In this document: positions 54,653 through 63,819 of the stretch, in pieces | How positions within the stretch are numbered: the first letter of the stretch is position 1 | How the letters are laid out: each line of letters starts with the position of its first letter | Origin: Escherichia coli | GTDB lineage: Bacteria > Pseudomonadota > Gammaproteobacteria > Enterobacterales > Enterobacteriaceae | Strand: one strand, 5' to 3' | Assembly (NCBI GenBank): GCA_902500125.1 | Contig: GCA_902500125.1_4132.1 | DNA: 64,000 nt | Notes under the pieces: generated by a model | What the model saw: only the letters and a program-made list of their open reading frames with translations | What the model was told of the DNA's origin: nothing | Databases searched by the model: none | Made by a program: the position numbers and the translations under genes

Positions 54653-54810
54653 TGGTTTTCATTAACATATCTGACCAACTCGATACTAAACTAGAAGTCG
54701 AGCAGAGTGAGGGATGGATGTTGTACTTTCTTGGAACTTCTCATCAGAATTTTTATATCCATGAACACATAGTTGCACTCACAAATCTAATAAGGGATAA
54801 ATGTAAATGA
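54652..54810 (+). CDS. family B small tandem paralog (short, 52 aa)
   Basis: TAATG-coupled; LGTSHQNFY; below track cutoff. Confidence 0.45.
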   Translation: MVFINISDQLDTKLEVEQSEGWMLYFLGTSHQNFYIHEHIVALTNLIRDKCK

Positions 54811-55064
54811 AACACTTGACGAACGATGAATATTCACTTAGAATTCGAAAGCTCACCCCAGAAGCAAGAGTAATCTACGATGACGATGCACTTTCATGGA
54901 ACGAGATGAAAGTTAAAGTTCATGAGCTATGGTTGCTGTACTTTGTGGGAACCCAATATCAAGAGAAATATTGTACCGATTATCTTGAACAACTAATGGA
55001 TCTTATACAGATAAAACTAAATGAACGAATTGTGGAAAAATATGAAAACTTTATCAAGCACTGA
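54807..55064 (+). CDS. family B small tandem paralog
   Basis: Track ORF; VGTQYQEKY. Confidence 0.55.
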   Translation: MKHLTNDEYSLRIRKLTPEARVIYDDDALSWNEMKVKVHELWLLYFVGTQYQEKYCTDYLEQLMDLIQIKLNERIVEKYENFIKH

Positions 55065-55293
55065 GTATCAAACTGCCCTCTTCTCCCTTCTAAACACCCT
55101 CCGCACGAACAATAAACTTTATAATTCCCGTGAAGCTGATATCGTCAACGCTGATGTATATCTTAATAAATTCATAGGGACTAACTATCAAGAACTGTTC
55201 ACTCTACGATATATCGCTGCATTGAGAAACGAAATATCAGATAAAACCCGTCAAGCCAGAAGAGAATGGAATAAACAATGCGACAAAGACTAA
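55042..55293 (+). CDS. family B small tandem paralog
   Basis: Internal ATG of track ORF 55021..55293; IGTNYQELF. Confidence 0.5.
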   Translation: MKTLSSTEYQTALFSLLNTLRTNNKLYNSREADIVNADVYLNKFIGTNYQELFTLRYIAALRNEISDKTRQARREWNKQCDKD

Positions 55294-55514
55294 ATCACAA
55301 AATGTATTGTAAACTATTGCAGACACTGGCACAGAAACACTATGACACTGTATCTGAAATATTACCCTATGATATCATGCGTTTAATTCATAGTGAGGCA
55401 GAGATGCTTGTACTGATGACAGGCACTGATAAAAAAGCAATTGCCAAATCAATAGATATGTTCATCGAAGCACAATGTCAACACATTAGAACCGAGATAT
55501 GGAGACGAGAATGA
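55278..55514 (+). CDS. family B small tandem paralog (divergent motif)
   Basis: Track ORF; MTGTDKKAI. Confidence 0.5.
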   Translation: MRQRLNHKMYCKLLQTLAQKHYDTVSEILPYDIMRLIHSEAEMLVLMTGTDKKAIAKSIDMFIEAQCQHIRTEIWRRE

Positions 55515-55726
55515 TAACACTAAATGAGTTTCAGTATCATTGGAGGTTACAAACTATCAAATCAAAAGTGTATAGTATTGTGTTAAACAAATCTATTGCA
55601 CAAGAGGACAAATGTGTTATAATAGCTGAAATGAAGTTGGGTGCTTTCGTAGGGACAAACTATCAAAACATCTACACTGACGTATTGTTAAGTGCCTTAC
55701 GTAACAAGGTGGTATCCAAAATATGA
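55511..55726 (+). CDS. family B small tandem paralog
   Basis: ATGA-coupled ATG in track ORF; VGTNYQNIY. Confidence 0.55.
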   Translation: MITLNEFQYHWRLQTIKSKVYSIVLNKSIAQEDKCVIIAEMKLGAFVGTNYQNIYTDVLLSALRNKVVSKI

Positions 55727-55941
55727 GAAATTTACAAGGCTTTGAATACATCAGACTCCTGAAAACATGCACCAGCAGAAGGAAAATCTTATCAAGCGAT
55801 AAGAGCATCCAAGCTAACCTTAAGCACGCACTAGTAACTGAACTCTATGTAGGTGCACTCTTAGGCACAAACTATCAACAAATGTATGTGGATCTATGGA
55901 TTGACGCTCTACAGAAAGAGGTTAAAAGTAAATGCAAATGA
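55723..55941 (+). CDS. family B small tandem paralog
   Basis: Track ORF; LGTNYQQMY. Confidence 0.55.
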   Translation: MRNLQGFEYIRLLKTCTSRRKILSSDKSIQANLKHALVTELYVGALLGTNYQQMYVDLWIDALQKEVKSKCK

Positions 55942-56150
55942 TTAATTTAAGTAAAGATGAATATTATGAACGTCTTGCAAAAACTTATCCAGCACGTAAG
56001 GCCGTTTATGATAGTCACATTATTGAACGCTCAAAGAAGTTGATTGTAGTAAATGAGATTAAGATGCTTTCAGTCTTAGGAACAAACTATCAAGAGAATG
56101 CTGTACTGTTGTTAATTGATGCCCTCCAGAGAGAGATACAAAGTAAATGA
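55938..56150 (+). CDS. family B small tandem paralog
   Basis: ATGA-coupled ATG in track ORF; LGTNYQENA. Confidence 0.55.
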   Translation: MINLSKDEYYERLAKTYPARKAVYDSHIIERSKKLIVVNEIKMLSVLGTNYQENAVLLLIDALQREIQSK

Positions 56151-56395
56151 TTCATTTATCTTACCATGATTATCAAAAACGTTTAAATGCATCAAGGGAT
56201 ATAAGGATTCAAATCTTCAATAACAAAAAATTGAAACCTGACACCAGAAGAATCAAAATGATAGAAGCAGAGTTATGCAACTTCCTGGGGACGAACTATC
56301 AGGCAGGTAAGGTAAAAAACTATCTTAGAGAACTAATGATTTGTATCGAAAATAAATGTGAGGTTGATGAACATGCAAATGATCAATTTAAGTAA
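56147..56395 (+). CDS. family B small tandem paralog
   Basis: Track ORF; LGTNYQAGK. Confidence 0.55.
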   Translation: MIHLSYHDYQKRLNASRDIRIQIFNNKKLKPDTRRIKMIEAELCNFLGTNYQAGKVKNYLRELMICIENKCEVDEHANDQFK

Positions 56396-56636
56396 AGATG
56401 AATATACCGAGCGTATGACAAAAATTACGCACAAACGTAATACAATCTATCACAACCCAGAAATTCAACACAGTAAGAAAATGATTATGATGCGTGAGTT
56501 AAAGATGGGTGTATTCTTGGGAACAAACTATCAAGAGCCAGAAGTAAATCGATTAATTGCTGAGTTACTATTGGAAATCAAAGGTAAGCTGTACTTTCAT
56601 CAAATGACCCAGCCACTGAGGTGTACTGATCGATGA
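56379..56636 (+). CDS. family B small tandem paralog
   Basis: Internal ATG (MINLSKDEY) of track ORF; LGTNYQEPE. Confidence 0.5.
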   Translation: MINLSKDEYTERMTKITHKRNTIYHNPEIQHSKKMIMMRELKMGVFLGTNYQEPEVNRLIAELLLEIKGKLYFHQMTQPLRCTDR

Positions 56637-56884
56637 ATGCGATGAATATTGTGAATAACATCAGATTAGCAGAAAGATTTGATAGAATTGGGGAAGCACT
56701 GAGAAGATACGATAAAGAATATGGTCATTTGAGCTTTTCTATAGAAAAGAGATATGAACTTGAAGCAGAGTTTAAAATGCAGAGTCTCTTAGGCACACAG
56801 TATCAAAACCAATATATTCAAACTTGGATTGATTGTTTAATCCAGACAATTTACGTAAGAAACATTAAATGCAAAATGAAATGA
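56633..56884 (+). CDS. family B small tandem paralog
   Basis: Track ORF; LGTQYQNQY. Confidence 0.55.
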   Translation: MNAMNIVNNIRLAERFDRIGEALRRYDKEYGHLSFSIEKRYELEAEFKMQSLLGTQYQNQYIQTWIDCLIQTIYVRNIKCKMK

Positions 56885-57129
56885 TATACTTAACCTATAA
56901 TGAATACGTCGAGAGATTAGTTCGTGCCAAGAGATATACCAATAAACGTCCAATTGACCTAAACCAAACCCCAGCAGAAAGGAGTGCAGAAGTATTATTC
57001 CAATCACTACCATATCTTCTGGGAACTGATAGACAAGAGGAATATGTTGCACGTATGATTAGATATCTTAAAATCACTATTAAGGAAAAAGTAAATGCAA
57101 ATGCAAATGAAATACTTAACAGACGATGA
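56881..57129 (+). CDS. family B small tandem paralog
   Basis: ATGA-coupled ATG in track ORF; LGTDRQEEY. Confidence 0.55.
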   Translation: MIYLTYNEYVERLVRAKRYTNKRPIDLNQTPAERSAEVLFQSLPYLLGTDRQEEYVARMIRYLKITIKEKVNANANEILNRR

Positions 57130-57352
57130 GTTAAAAGAACGACTAATTAAATCCAGAAAACTTACAAATCAACTTCCAAACGACACAAACAAGTCACATG
57201 CCGAAAGGAGTGCAGAAGTTTTATACATTCAACTCATGTACTTTCTTGGTACTGACAGACAAGAGTATTACATTGAAAGTATGCTTCGATATCTTAAATT
57301 CTCTATAAAGGAAAAGATACATGCTCAAGAATTTAAAAATCCTAACAGTTAA
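57107..57352 (+). CDS. family B small tandem paralog
   Basis: Internal ATG (MKYLTDDE) of track ORF; LGTDRQEYY. Confidence 0.5.
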   Translation: MKYLTDDELKERLIKSRKLTNQLPNDTNKSHAERSAEVLYIQLMYFLGTDRQEYYIESMLRYLKFSIKEKIHAQEFKNPNS

Positions 57353-57563
57353 TGAATATCATAAGATTGTAATGAAAACTAATAGTGAAATTTCTAAAAA
57401 ATCAAACCCAAAGTACATACTGGAACACACATTCGAAGAACGTCAATTAGCTCTAGTTGAAGCAAAACTTCTTGCACTCCTAGGGACTAACTATCAAGAA
57501 GAATACATCAGAAAACTAATATACCTTTTAACTAAACATATAAGAAAAAGAAAAAATGCATGA
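57321..57563 (+). CDS. family B small tandem paralog
   Basis: Track ORF; LGTNYQEEY. Confidence 0.55.
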   Translation: MLKNLKILTVNEYHKIVMKTNSEISKKSNPKYILEHTFEERQLALVEAKLLALLGTNYQEEYIRKLIYLLTKHIRKRKNA

Positions 57564-57790
57564 AACACTTGACAGATGATGAACATGGGCTTATAGTAAT
57601 GGATGTAATCAACATCGAATACAAAAAGTTGATACGCTACCGTTGTTATGAAGATAAGCAACTCGTTCTAGCAGAACAGAAGTTGTTTCGACTCTTAAAC
57701 ACAAACTTCCAAGCACAATACGAAGAATCGTATATGTACCTTTTGGCGAGGAAAGCAAAAAGAGATTATGAAAATTTTAAGCAAAGGTGA
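57560..57790 (+). CDS. family B small tandem paralog
   Basis: Track ORF; LNTNFQAQY. Confidence 0.55.
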   Translation: MKHLTDDEHGLIVMDVINIEYKKLIRYRCYEDKQLVLAEQKLFRLLNTNFQAQYEESYMYLLARKAKRDYENFKQR

Positions 57791-57983
57791 TTCAGTAATA
57801 TTACTTATAGAGAGTTCAAGTAAATTCTTAAACATAACACTGTCTGATATAGATGAAGATGACAAAGAAGTACTGAGAGCAGATTTAAGAGTACTGTTAC
57901 ATATCGGAACAAACCTACAAGAAGAATATGTAGAGTGCTACATCAATGAACTTAAAGAATTAGTACTGAGAAAATGCAAATGA
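57768..57983 (+). CDS. family B small tandem paralog
   Basis: Track ORF; IGTNLQEEY. Confidence 0.55.
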   Translation: MKILSKGDSVILLIESSSKFLNITLSDIDEDDKEVLRADLRVLLHIGTNLQEEYVECYINELKELVLRKCK

Positions 57984-58201
57984 AAATCATTACCGATGCA
58001 GAATACCTAACAATCATAAATGGACTGTTTTTGAAGCTCTTCGTCATTAACACATCAGATATACCAGATATGGATAAAATTATTAAGAGAAATGAAGTCT
58101 ATGTTCTAGCTACCCTTGGAACGAACTATCAAGAACACGACATTAAAGATTATATTAATACACTTAAACGAGCGATTGAACTAAAATGCCAAAACCACTA
58201 G
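57980..58201 (+). CDS. family B small tandem paralog
   Basis: ATGA-coupled ATG in track ORF; LGTNYQEHD. Confidence 0.55.
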   Translation: MKIITDAEYLTIINGLFLKLFVINTSDIPDMDKIIKRNEVYVLATLGTNYQEHDIKDYINTLKRAIELKCQNH

Positions 58202-58401
58202 GAACAGCAGAATACATTGAACTAATGGGATTACACTTCTCATCCTTTCAGAAACTTATGCGAGAATCAAAGAATGATTTAGAATATACCATCAGAGGTT
58301 CCGATTTAAGAATGCTTCTCACCCTAGACACAGATTCCCAAGAGCGATTTGTCAATGAGCATATTAGAGCACTTTTAATGGAAATTCAAAGTAAACTATG
58401 A
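58186..58401 (+). CDS. family B small tandem paralog
   Basis: Track ORF; LDTDSQERF. Confidence 0.55.
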   Translation: MPKPLGTAEYIELMGLHFSSFQKLMRESKNDLEYTIRGSDLRMLLTLDTDSQERFVNEHIRALLMEIQSKL

Positions 58402-58613
58402 AGGTAATATCAAATCAAGAGTACTTGGCACTATTCAGGAAGAATAATCACAAATATATGGCACTTGATTCAAGAACTGATATAAGTGAACTTGAAAAAA
58501 ATCTTTTGCGTTCAGATATGATAGTACTGACACTCTTAGGAACACAGCATCAAGAGAGAACTGTTAATTCACACATAGGGATTCTAATGCAGATAGTACA
58601 GGAAAAGATATGA
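58398..58613 (+). CDS. family B small tandem paralog
   Basis: Track ORF; LGTQHQERT. Confidence 0.55.
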   Translation: MKVISNQEYLALFRKNNHKYMALDSRTDISELEKNLLRSDMIVLTLLGTQHQERTVNSHIGILMQIVQEKI

Positions 58614-58831
58614 GAATCATAACACAACAAGATATTCTTAAGTTCACAAGGGTTCATGCATCTGAATTTGATGCTATATTATCAAAAAGTTACAACAACC
58701 CTTATACAGAAGATGTACACTACAATGAATTATGGGTGTATATACTTTTAGGTACAGATCATCAAGAGCAAGCAGTACAGAAGTATTTGTTAGCTTTACG
58801 TGATGCTACTGCTAATGGAGTACGTGTTTAA
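58610..58831 (+). CDS. family B small tandem paralog
   Basis: Track ORF; LGTDHQEQA. Confidence 0.55.
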   Translation: MRIITQQDILKFTRVHASEFDAILSKSYNNPYTEDVHYNELWVYILLGTDHQEQAVQKYLLALRDATANGVRV

Positions 58832-58832
58832 T

Positions 58833-59075
58833 ATGAAAGTACTGACAGAACTAGAAATGTATCATAGATTTAATAAGTACTATCATTTACTTAAGCCTAT
58901 ACAGAGGATTAAATGTCCATTTGAAGAGAAACAGGTATTAATTTATGAGCATAAGTTATTTGTATCATTAGGTACAGATCAACAAGAGTACTATTTGACG
59001 TTGTACTTGATTACATTAATAGATTTAATTTACTATAAAACCAAACAAGCTAATAAAGAGAAATATGAAAACTAA
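58833..59075 (+). CDS. family B small tandem paralog
   Basis: ATG just after upstream stop in track ORF 58800..59075; LGTDQQEYY. Confidence 0.55.
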   Translation: MKVLTELEMYHRFNKYYHLLKPIQRIKCPFEEKQVLIYEHKLFVSLGTDQQEYYLTLYLITLIDLIYYKTKQANKEKYEN

Positions 59076-59409
59076 TATACAACTCAAGGTATATAAATCA
59101 TTTGAACATACATATATCAAAAGTAGTCTATGTAGAGATGTAATGGATTACAAGGGTAAGCCATTCACAATTACTTATGATTCTTATGTTGATGATTTAT
59201 ATATATCATTTGTTAATTACGAAAATAAAATATACAAGCACGTTGATATTAAAGATTTAAGTACTTTATCACCAGAGGAATACTTCCAGGAATCATTAGT
59301 ATGGGATTTAGAGTTCCCTATGCCATTAGTACATAAGATGATAGTACTAATGAAAGAATCTAAACAGGAGCCTAATAGTGCTTATGAAGAACACATTATT
59401 GAGTATTAA
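59065..59409 (+). CDS. family C paralog (EEYFQESL motif)
   Basis: Track ORF; PEEYFQESLVWDLEF. Confidence 0.55.
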   Translation: MKTNIQLKVYKSFEHTYIKSSLCRDVMDYKGKPFTITYDSYVDDLYISFVNYENKIYKHVDIKDLSTLSPEEYFQESLVWDLEFPMPLVHKMIVLMKESKQEPNSAYEEHIIEY

Positions 59410-59779
59410 GAGTACTGATAATATTAAGAGTTATACAAGCTCAAGTACTGTGACAATCGAAGTGAATTCTATTAATGCTGGTAATGCAGTAGATAAGTTC
59501 TTTATTGCTCAAGGGTACAGGAAAGATATTCATCAATATTGTTCAGTATATGGGGAGTACAATAGTACTGAAGATATAATTTATTGGTCAACACATCAAG
59601 ATTATCTAACTAAAATTGGAGTCCCAGATGTTAGTACTTTATCTGAAGAAGAATACTTTCAGTACAGCTTAATATGTGATGTACCTATACCTTTAGGGTT
59701 AATCAAGGGTATACAGGAAGAGGTTCATAAGCTTAAATCCATGAGTAAAGGTACTTTCATTAGAACAGTGCAATACTAG
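59384..59779 (+). CDS. family C paralog
   Basis: Track ORF 59378..59779; SEEEYFQYSLICDV. Confidence 0.55.
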   Translation: MKNTLLSIKSTDNIKSYTSSSTVTIEVNSINAGNAVDKFFIAQGYRKDIHQYCSVYGEYNSTEDIIYWSTHQDYLTKIGVPDVSTLSEEEYFQYSLICDVPIPLGLIKGIQEEVHKLKSMSKGTFIRTVQY

Positions 59780-59780
59780 C

Positions 59781-59809
59781 TTGACAGTACTTTTCATTAC
59801 TGATATAGT
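59781..59809 (+). promoter_or_regulatory. sigma70-like promoter
   Basis: TTGACA-N17-TATAGT. Confidence 0.4.
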
Positions 59810-59838
59810 ACACTAACGTTAATCATAGGGTAAAAATT

Positions 59839-60084
59839 ATGTTAAATTTTTTAAATTTCCTTATCGTTTTGTGTATTGTTCTTGGGATTGCACCATTTGT
59901 ATTGTATTTCATGGATTCAGATGAAATGCAGAAGATGAATTGTACAAGGACAGGACAGAGTAGAGAAGAGACGATTCTTATGCCTGTTACGGTTATTGTT
60001 AACAACATGCCCATTACAAACATGGTCCCTACCCTAACGACAACGTACCAGTACTCTTGTGCTGACGGAGAGAGGTGGAGATGA
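59839..60084 (+). CDS. small protein with N-terminal transmembrane segment
   Basis: Track ORF; MLNFLNFLIVLCIVLGIAPFVLYF. Confidence 0.5.
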   Translation: MLNFLNFLIVLCIVLGIAPFVLYFMDSDEMQKMNCTRTGQSREETILMPVTVIVNNMPITNMVPTLTTTYQYSCADGERWR

Positions 60085-60401
60085 AATTTAATATAGCAAA
60101 AACATCGAGTATATGTATTTTTGGTTATGCAGAAGAGTTAGGTGATATTGACATTCTTTTGTACAAAAAGGATGGTGTTATGCATTTCAAGTACCAGGAT
60201 GAAGAGGCAGACAATTATCTTTTACCTAATTTAGTACAAATGCAGGAAGAGGAATTATTCCAGTACAGCTTAGTATACGACATTGATATTTGCACGATGC
60301 CAGTACTAATTAGTATTCAAAAAGTGATGCTCGATATGTATGATAAGCTAATACAAGGTACATCAGGGAGAATCATTGAAATCGATATACAAGACAATTA
60401 A
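60081..60401 (+). CDS. family C paralog
   Basis: ATGA-coupled ATG in track ORF 60075..60401; EEELFQYSLVYDI. Confidence 0.55.
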   Translation: MKFNIAKTSSICIFGYAEELGDIDILLYKKDGVMHFKYQDEEADNYLLPNLVQMQEEELFQYSLVYDIDICTMPVLISIQKVMLDMYDKLIQGTSGRIIEIDIQDN

Positions 60402-60594
60402 TCAAGAATGGAAGACCCAAAAGTACAGGGAATTCAACAGGAATTTTACAAAAGATGCATTGAATTTAAAAACAACAGAGTTTGATATGTTTATTTTTCT
60501 TGGAACACGTTCACAAGAACAATTTGTTCATTATTATATAAATTCGTTGCGAACGGAGATAGTATGCAAAACACAGGGTATTATAAAAAGGTAA
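60376..60594 (+). CDS. family B-like small protein
   Basis: Track ORF; FLGTRSQEQFVHYYINSL. Confidence 0.5.
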   Translation: MKSIYKTINQEWKTQKYREFNRNFTKDALNLKTTEFDMFIFLGTRSQEQFVHYYINSLRTEIVCKTQGIIKR

Positions 60595-60830
60595 ACCAAT
60601 ATTTGTACGCTACAAAGTACAGGGATTTTTGTTTAAAGGGTGGTGATGAAGATTTTTCTTTGCGATTATCAGAATTTAATCTGTTATTTTATCTTGGTAC
60701 AAAAGAACAAGAAGAAATGGCACAGAAATTTATCAAGCACCTTTTACAAAAAATTAATATGCAAATTTTGATGCTTAAGTTACAGAATGAGATAAATGAA
60801 TATGAATCCAGAAATAGTACAGGATCTTAA
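60564..60830 (+). CDS. family B-like small protein
   Basis: Track ORF; YLGTKEQEEMAQKFI. Confidence 0.5.
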   Translation: MQNTGYYKKVNQYLYATKYRDFCLKGGDEDFSLRLSEFNLLFYLGTKEQEEMAQKFIKHLLQKINMQILMLKLQNEINEYESRNSTGS

Positions 60831-61188
60831 ACAAGTAATATTCCTTTTGAATACCAGAAGTGAATTGTATACAGAGTTAAAAGAGATTAATGCATTTTAT
60901 CAGAATTTTGTAATCCAAGAGTTCAGTGATTTAATTACAGATGCATTATTTGAATTCTCGGAGAAATACAAAGGAACAGAGTTCAGTGTTAAGAATGTTA
61001 TTCGTCCAAGTACAAGGAAAATTATATTATCACATTTTACATTTGACAATAAAGATTTATTCAGTCATAATCCAAGTACAGCTTTATATTTTATTCCTGA
61101 TTCAGACAAAAATCATCCTATTCATTACGGATGGATTTTGTCATATATAGTACAAGGAAAGGAGTATCCTATTAAATGGAAAGATTAG
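60802..61188 (+). CDS. hypothetical protein
   Basis: Track ORF 60796..61188. Confidence 0.5.
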   Translation: MNPEIVQDLKQVIFLLNTRSELYTELKEINAFYQNFVIQEFSDLITDALFEFSEKYKGTEFSVKNVIRPSTRKIILSHFTFDNKDLFSHNPSTALYFIPDSDKNHPIHYGWILSYIVQGKEYPIKWKD

Positions 61189-61337
61189 GGCGATTAGATT
61201 ATTACACAATTAATACAAATTATTTGTTGAGTAATATAAAATCCGATTACAAAATATGGATAAAGAACAGAGATAGCATGTGTTATGAATTTTATTTAGA
61301 TTATGCTATCAAACGATTTTTAAGAGAAGAACATTAA
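61176..61337 (+). CDS. small protein (53 aa)
   Basis: ATG overlapping upstream gene end, TAATG-coupled to next gene; below track cutoff. Confidence 0.35.
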   Translation: MERLGRLDYYTINTNYLLSNIKSDYKIWIKNRDSMCYEFYLDYAIKRFLREEH

Positions 61338-61540
61338 TGCAAAAGATTAATACGATAACATTAAATGCATTACAGGATTCATTATTAGATAGTATTAAGA
61401 TGTATTACAATATACATTTGAAGGGTGGTATTGATAATTACGATTATTATTTGAGTTTAATTACATTTGAGCACCTTTCAGTACAGGACAGGATTATACA
61501 TCCTACAAATCCTAGGTATCCATCGATAGGTAAATTATGA
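61337..61540 (+). CDS. hypothetical protein (67 aa)
   Basis: Track ORF. Confidence 0.5.
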   Translation: MQKINTITLNALQDSLLDSIKMYYNIHLKGGIDNYDYYLSLITFEHLSVQDRIIHPTNPRYPSIGKL

Positions 61541-62085
61541 ATGAGATAGATTTATTAGCACACAAGATAAGTACAATAATGCTTATCCTCAATAACAACC
61601 ATCCTATATCGCAGATAGATGGAATCCTGAGTCAGAGGACAGGTGGTAGTTTATATTTGTCCATAAACGCAGATATCGCAAGGAAATACATTGATATTGA
61701 TGTTGAAATCGAATATGATACAACGGGGATTGTTGATGTAGGAGCATTAATCAGTTCAAATCCAGTATCAGCATCCCCATTGACCAAAGATGTTAGTACA
61801 GGATTCGAAGGATATTTGTGGTACAATACCAATGATGATTATTTTATATATCAGCATTCCAATACAAATTATGATGAAGACAAATTTCAGTTCATAGACC
61901 CTTATGATGAAGCTGAAGTATTTCAAAAATCATTAATCACAAAACCGCATGAGATGATGTATCTAATGTTATTCAGTACAATGCATTTGAATCCATTAAT
62001 TAAAGGTTTAAAATTTTATATTCAATTAAATTTAGTCCATGTAGTTTATGATTTATTAATGCAAGGATATAGTTATGAAGTATAA
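61537..62085 (+). CDS. family C paralog
   Basis: Track ORF; DEAEVFQKSLIT. Confidence 0.55.
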   Translation: MNEIDLLAHKISTIMLILNNNHPISQIDGILSQRTGGSLYLSINADIARKYIDIDVEIEYDTTGIVDVGALISSNPVSASPLTKDVSTGFEGYLWYNTNDDYFIYQHSNTNYDEDKFQFIDPYDEAEVFQKSLITKPHEMMYLMLFSTMHLNPLIKGLKFYIQLNLVHVVYDLLMQGYSYEV

Positions 62086-62386
62086 AATGATGTATACCCC
62101 AGATATGATTTATGTTGAATTAGAAGATGATGACGATGGGTGGAATTTGATTTATTCAAGAAGTTCAGGTTGGTACATGGCACATTTAAATGATTCGATA
62201 GTTACAGATTATTTTGTAGATTTCAATACATTATCCGATGAAGAATTGTTCCAACAGCAATTAGTGATTGACACGGGTGGTTATGATGTCTTATTATTAA
62301 AAAAGATACAAAAAGCTGTTATTGATTTTAAGCCCATGATATGGCAAAGGAAATATTATGACCTCGAAGTACCATACCAGCAATGA
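62075..62386 (+). CDS. family C paralog
   Basis: Track ORF; SDEELFQQQLVID. Confidence 0.55.
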   Translation: MKYKMMYTPDMIYVELEDDDDGWNLIYSRSSGWYMAHLNDSIVTDYFVDFNTLSDEELFQQQLVIDTGGYDVLLLKKIQKAVIDFKPMIWQRKYYDLEVPYQQ

Positions 62387-62924
62387 AATTCAGTACACCT
62401 ACGCTAATGCAATCCTTATGGGACAAAAGTTAGCTTGTATTGTTGCAGCCTTATATAATGCCCAGAAATATCACAAGCGTCATTTCCACAAATGTATTGG
62501 TATTATTCCATCGAAGTACAATACATATATTGCGTGCACGAGTCATTTTGATAAACGATTCAATACACCTGATACCCCAAATGCCAGTAGTGTTATTGGT
62601 CTTTTGGATTTCGCACCTGGTGCTGTTATTGGAAAGAATGATTTAGAGTACACATGGTATAATAAAAATGCCCCGTTAGTAATGGGAAAATATGATACAG
62701 AAACGAATAAAACAATAGAGTACAATACATATAAATCAGAGGAAGAATTTTTCCAAGGTTCATTGCTTGTACCAGTGCGTTTGTTGTTTTATAATGTCCT
62801 TATTAGTACAGTACACAATAGTCCATTACACAAGAATCACAAAATTAATTTCAATTTTTGTGCTTATGCGATTGATGGTGTGTATGAGTGTTTAATGGAG
62901 GTATTGAGTTATGAAGCTGAATAA
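62358..62924 (+). CDS. family C paralog
   Basis: Track ORF; SEEEFFQGSLLVP. Confidence 0.55.
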   Translation: MTSKYHTSNEIQYTYANAILMGQKLACIVAALYNAQKYHKRHFHKCIGIIPSKYNTYIACTSHFDKRFNTPDTPNASSVIGLLDFAPGAVIGKNDLEYTWYNKNAPLVMGKYDTETNKTIEYNTYKSEEEFFQGSLLVPVRLLFYNVLISTVHNSPLHKNHKINFNFCAYAIDGVYECLMEVLSYEAE

Positions 62925-63252
62925 TACATTTGATATTAATAAGTTAAGAGAATGGTTTTATAGTATTGAAATTGAAGCCATCCCGTATCATAGATATGAA
63001 CAATATAATTTAACCAGTATTGATATCCGTGAGTTGTACGCGTATTATCAAAGTGCATTAGAGATGCATAAGTTATTTTTGAGTACAGATTTTGTTATAA
63101 ATTACAATTTTGAGGAATTTAATAATTATAATTTAGTACAGAAATATGTAGTAGCAAAGTACATGTACCTTCAAGGAATTACAAGTAATTTGGAATTCAA
63201 TACAGTCCTGGCTTTAGTTGAGGTAATTTTATGCAGTACATGTATGATTTAG
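62911..63252 (+). CDS. hypothetical protein (113 aa)
   Basis: Track ORF. Confidence 0.5.
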   Translation: MKLNNTFDINKLREWFYSIEIEAIPYHRYEQYNLTSIDIRELYAYYQSALEMHKLFLSTDFVINYNFEEFNNYNLVQKYVVAKYMYLQGITSNLEFNTVLALVEVILCSTCMI

Positions 63253-63737
63253 AGTTTAGTTTAGATGCTGCCTTTAAATTTGTTCACAAGATAGAAACAA
63301 TATACAGTACATTATGTGCAATACAATCAGTATCATCTGAGTTTGATGTTGGTGAAAAATATCAGGTATGGAATAATACATTTCTAAACAAAGAACGTTG
63401 CTCTACGGGGTTTAATATTTTAACATTTAATCCCAGCAATTGTTACCCAGAGAAGCATGAACGTTATCCGAATGACGACATGTGGTTTGATTACACAAAA
63501 GATGGTGATATGTCATCCCTTGTAGTTCCTGATGATTTTAATGCCGAAGATTTAACGAAAGAGTGGTGGTTTCAACAGAATTTAGTACACGATGATATTG
63601 ATTTATTTTTTTATGTAGTATTTAAAATGCTTTACCACAACAATATATTAAAAGATAGTGTGTTTTTTTCATGTCTATATATTGATGATTTGTACAATGA
63701 AATCCAAATCAACATGCCCAGAACGCCTGTATCGTAA
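63231..63737 (+). CDS. family C-like paralog
   Basis: Track ORF; TKEWWFQQNLVHDD. Confidence 0.5.
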   Translation: MQYMYDLEFSLDAAFKFVHKIETIYSTLCAIQSVSSEFDVGEKYQVWNNTFLNKERCSTGFNILTFNPSNCYPEKHERYPNDDMWFDYTKDGDMSSLVVPDDFNAEDLTKEWWFQQNLVHDDIDLFFYVVFKMLYHNNILKDSVFFSCLYIDDLYNEIQINMPRTPVS

Positions 63738-63762
63738 GATATGGGCTTTTTTCGTTTTGGTA

Positions 63763-63791
63763 TTGACAAAGAAGTGCAAAGCTGTTATCAT
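63763..63791 (+). promoter_or_regulatory. sigma70-like promoter
   Basis: TTGACA-N17-TATCAT. Confidence 0.45.
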
Positions 63792-63819
63792 GTGTAATCA
63801 TTTTAAAGGAGAACATATA

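Noticed and set aside
53188-59075. Possible CRISPR-like or satellite repeat array
   Set aside because: Units are protein-coding paralogs with a conserved amino-acid motif; no direct-repeat/spacer architecture.
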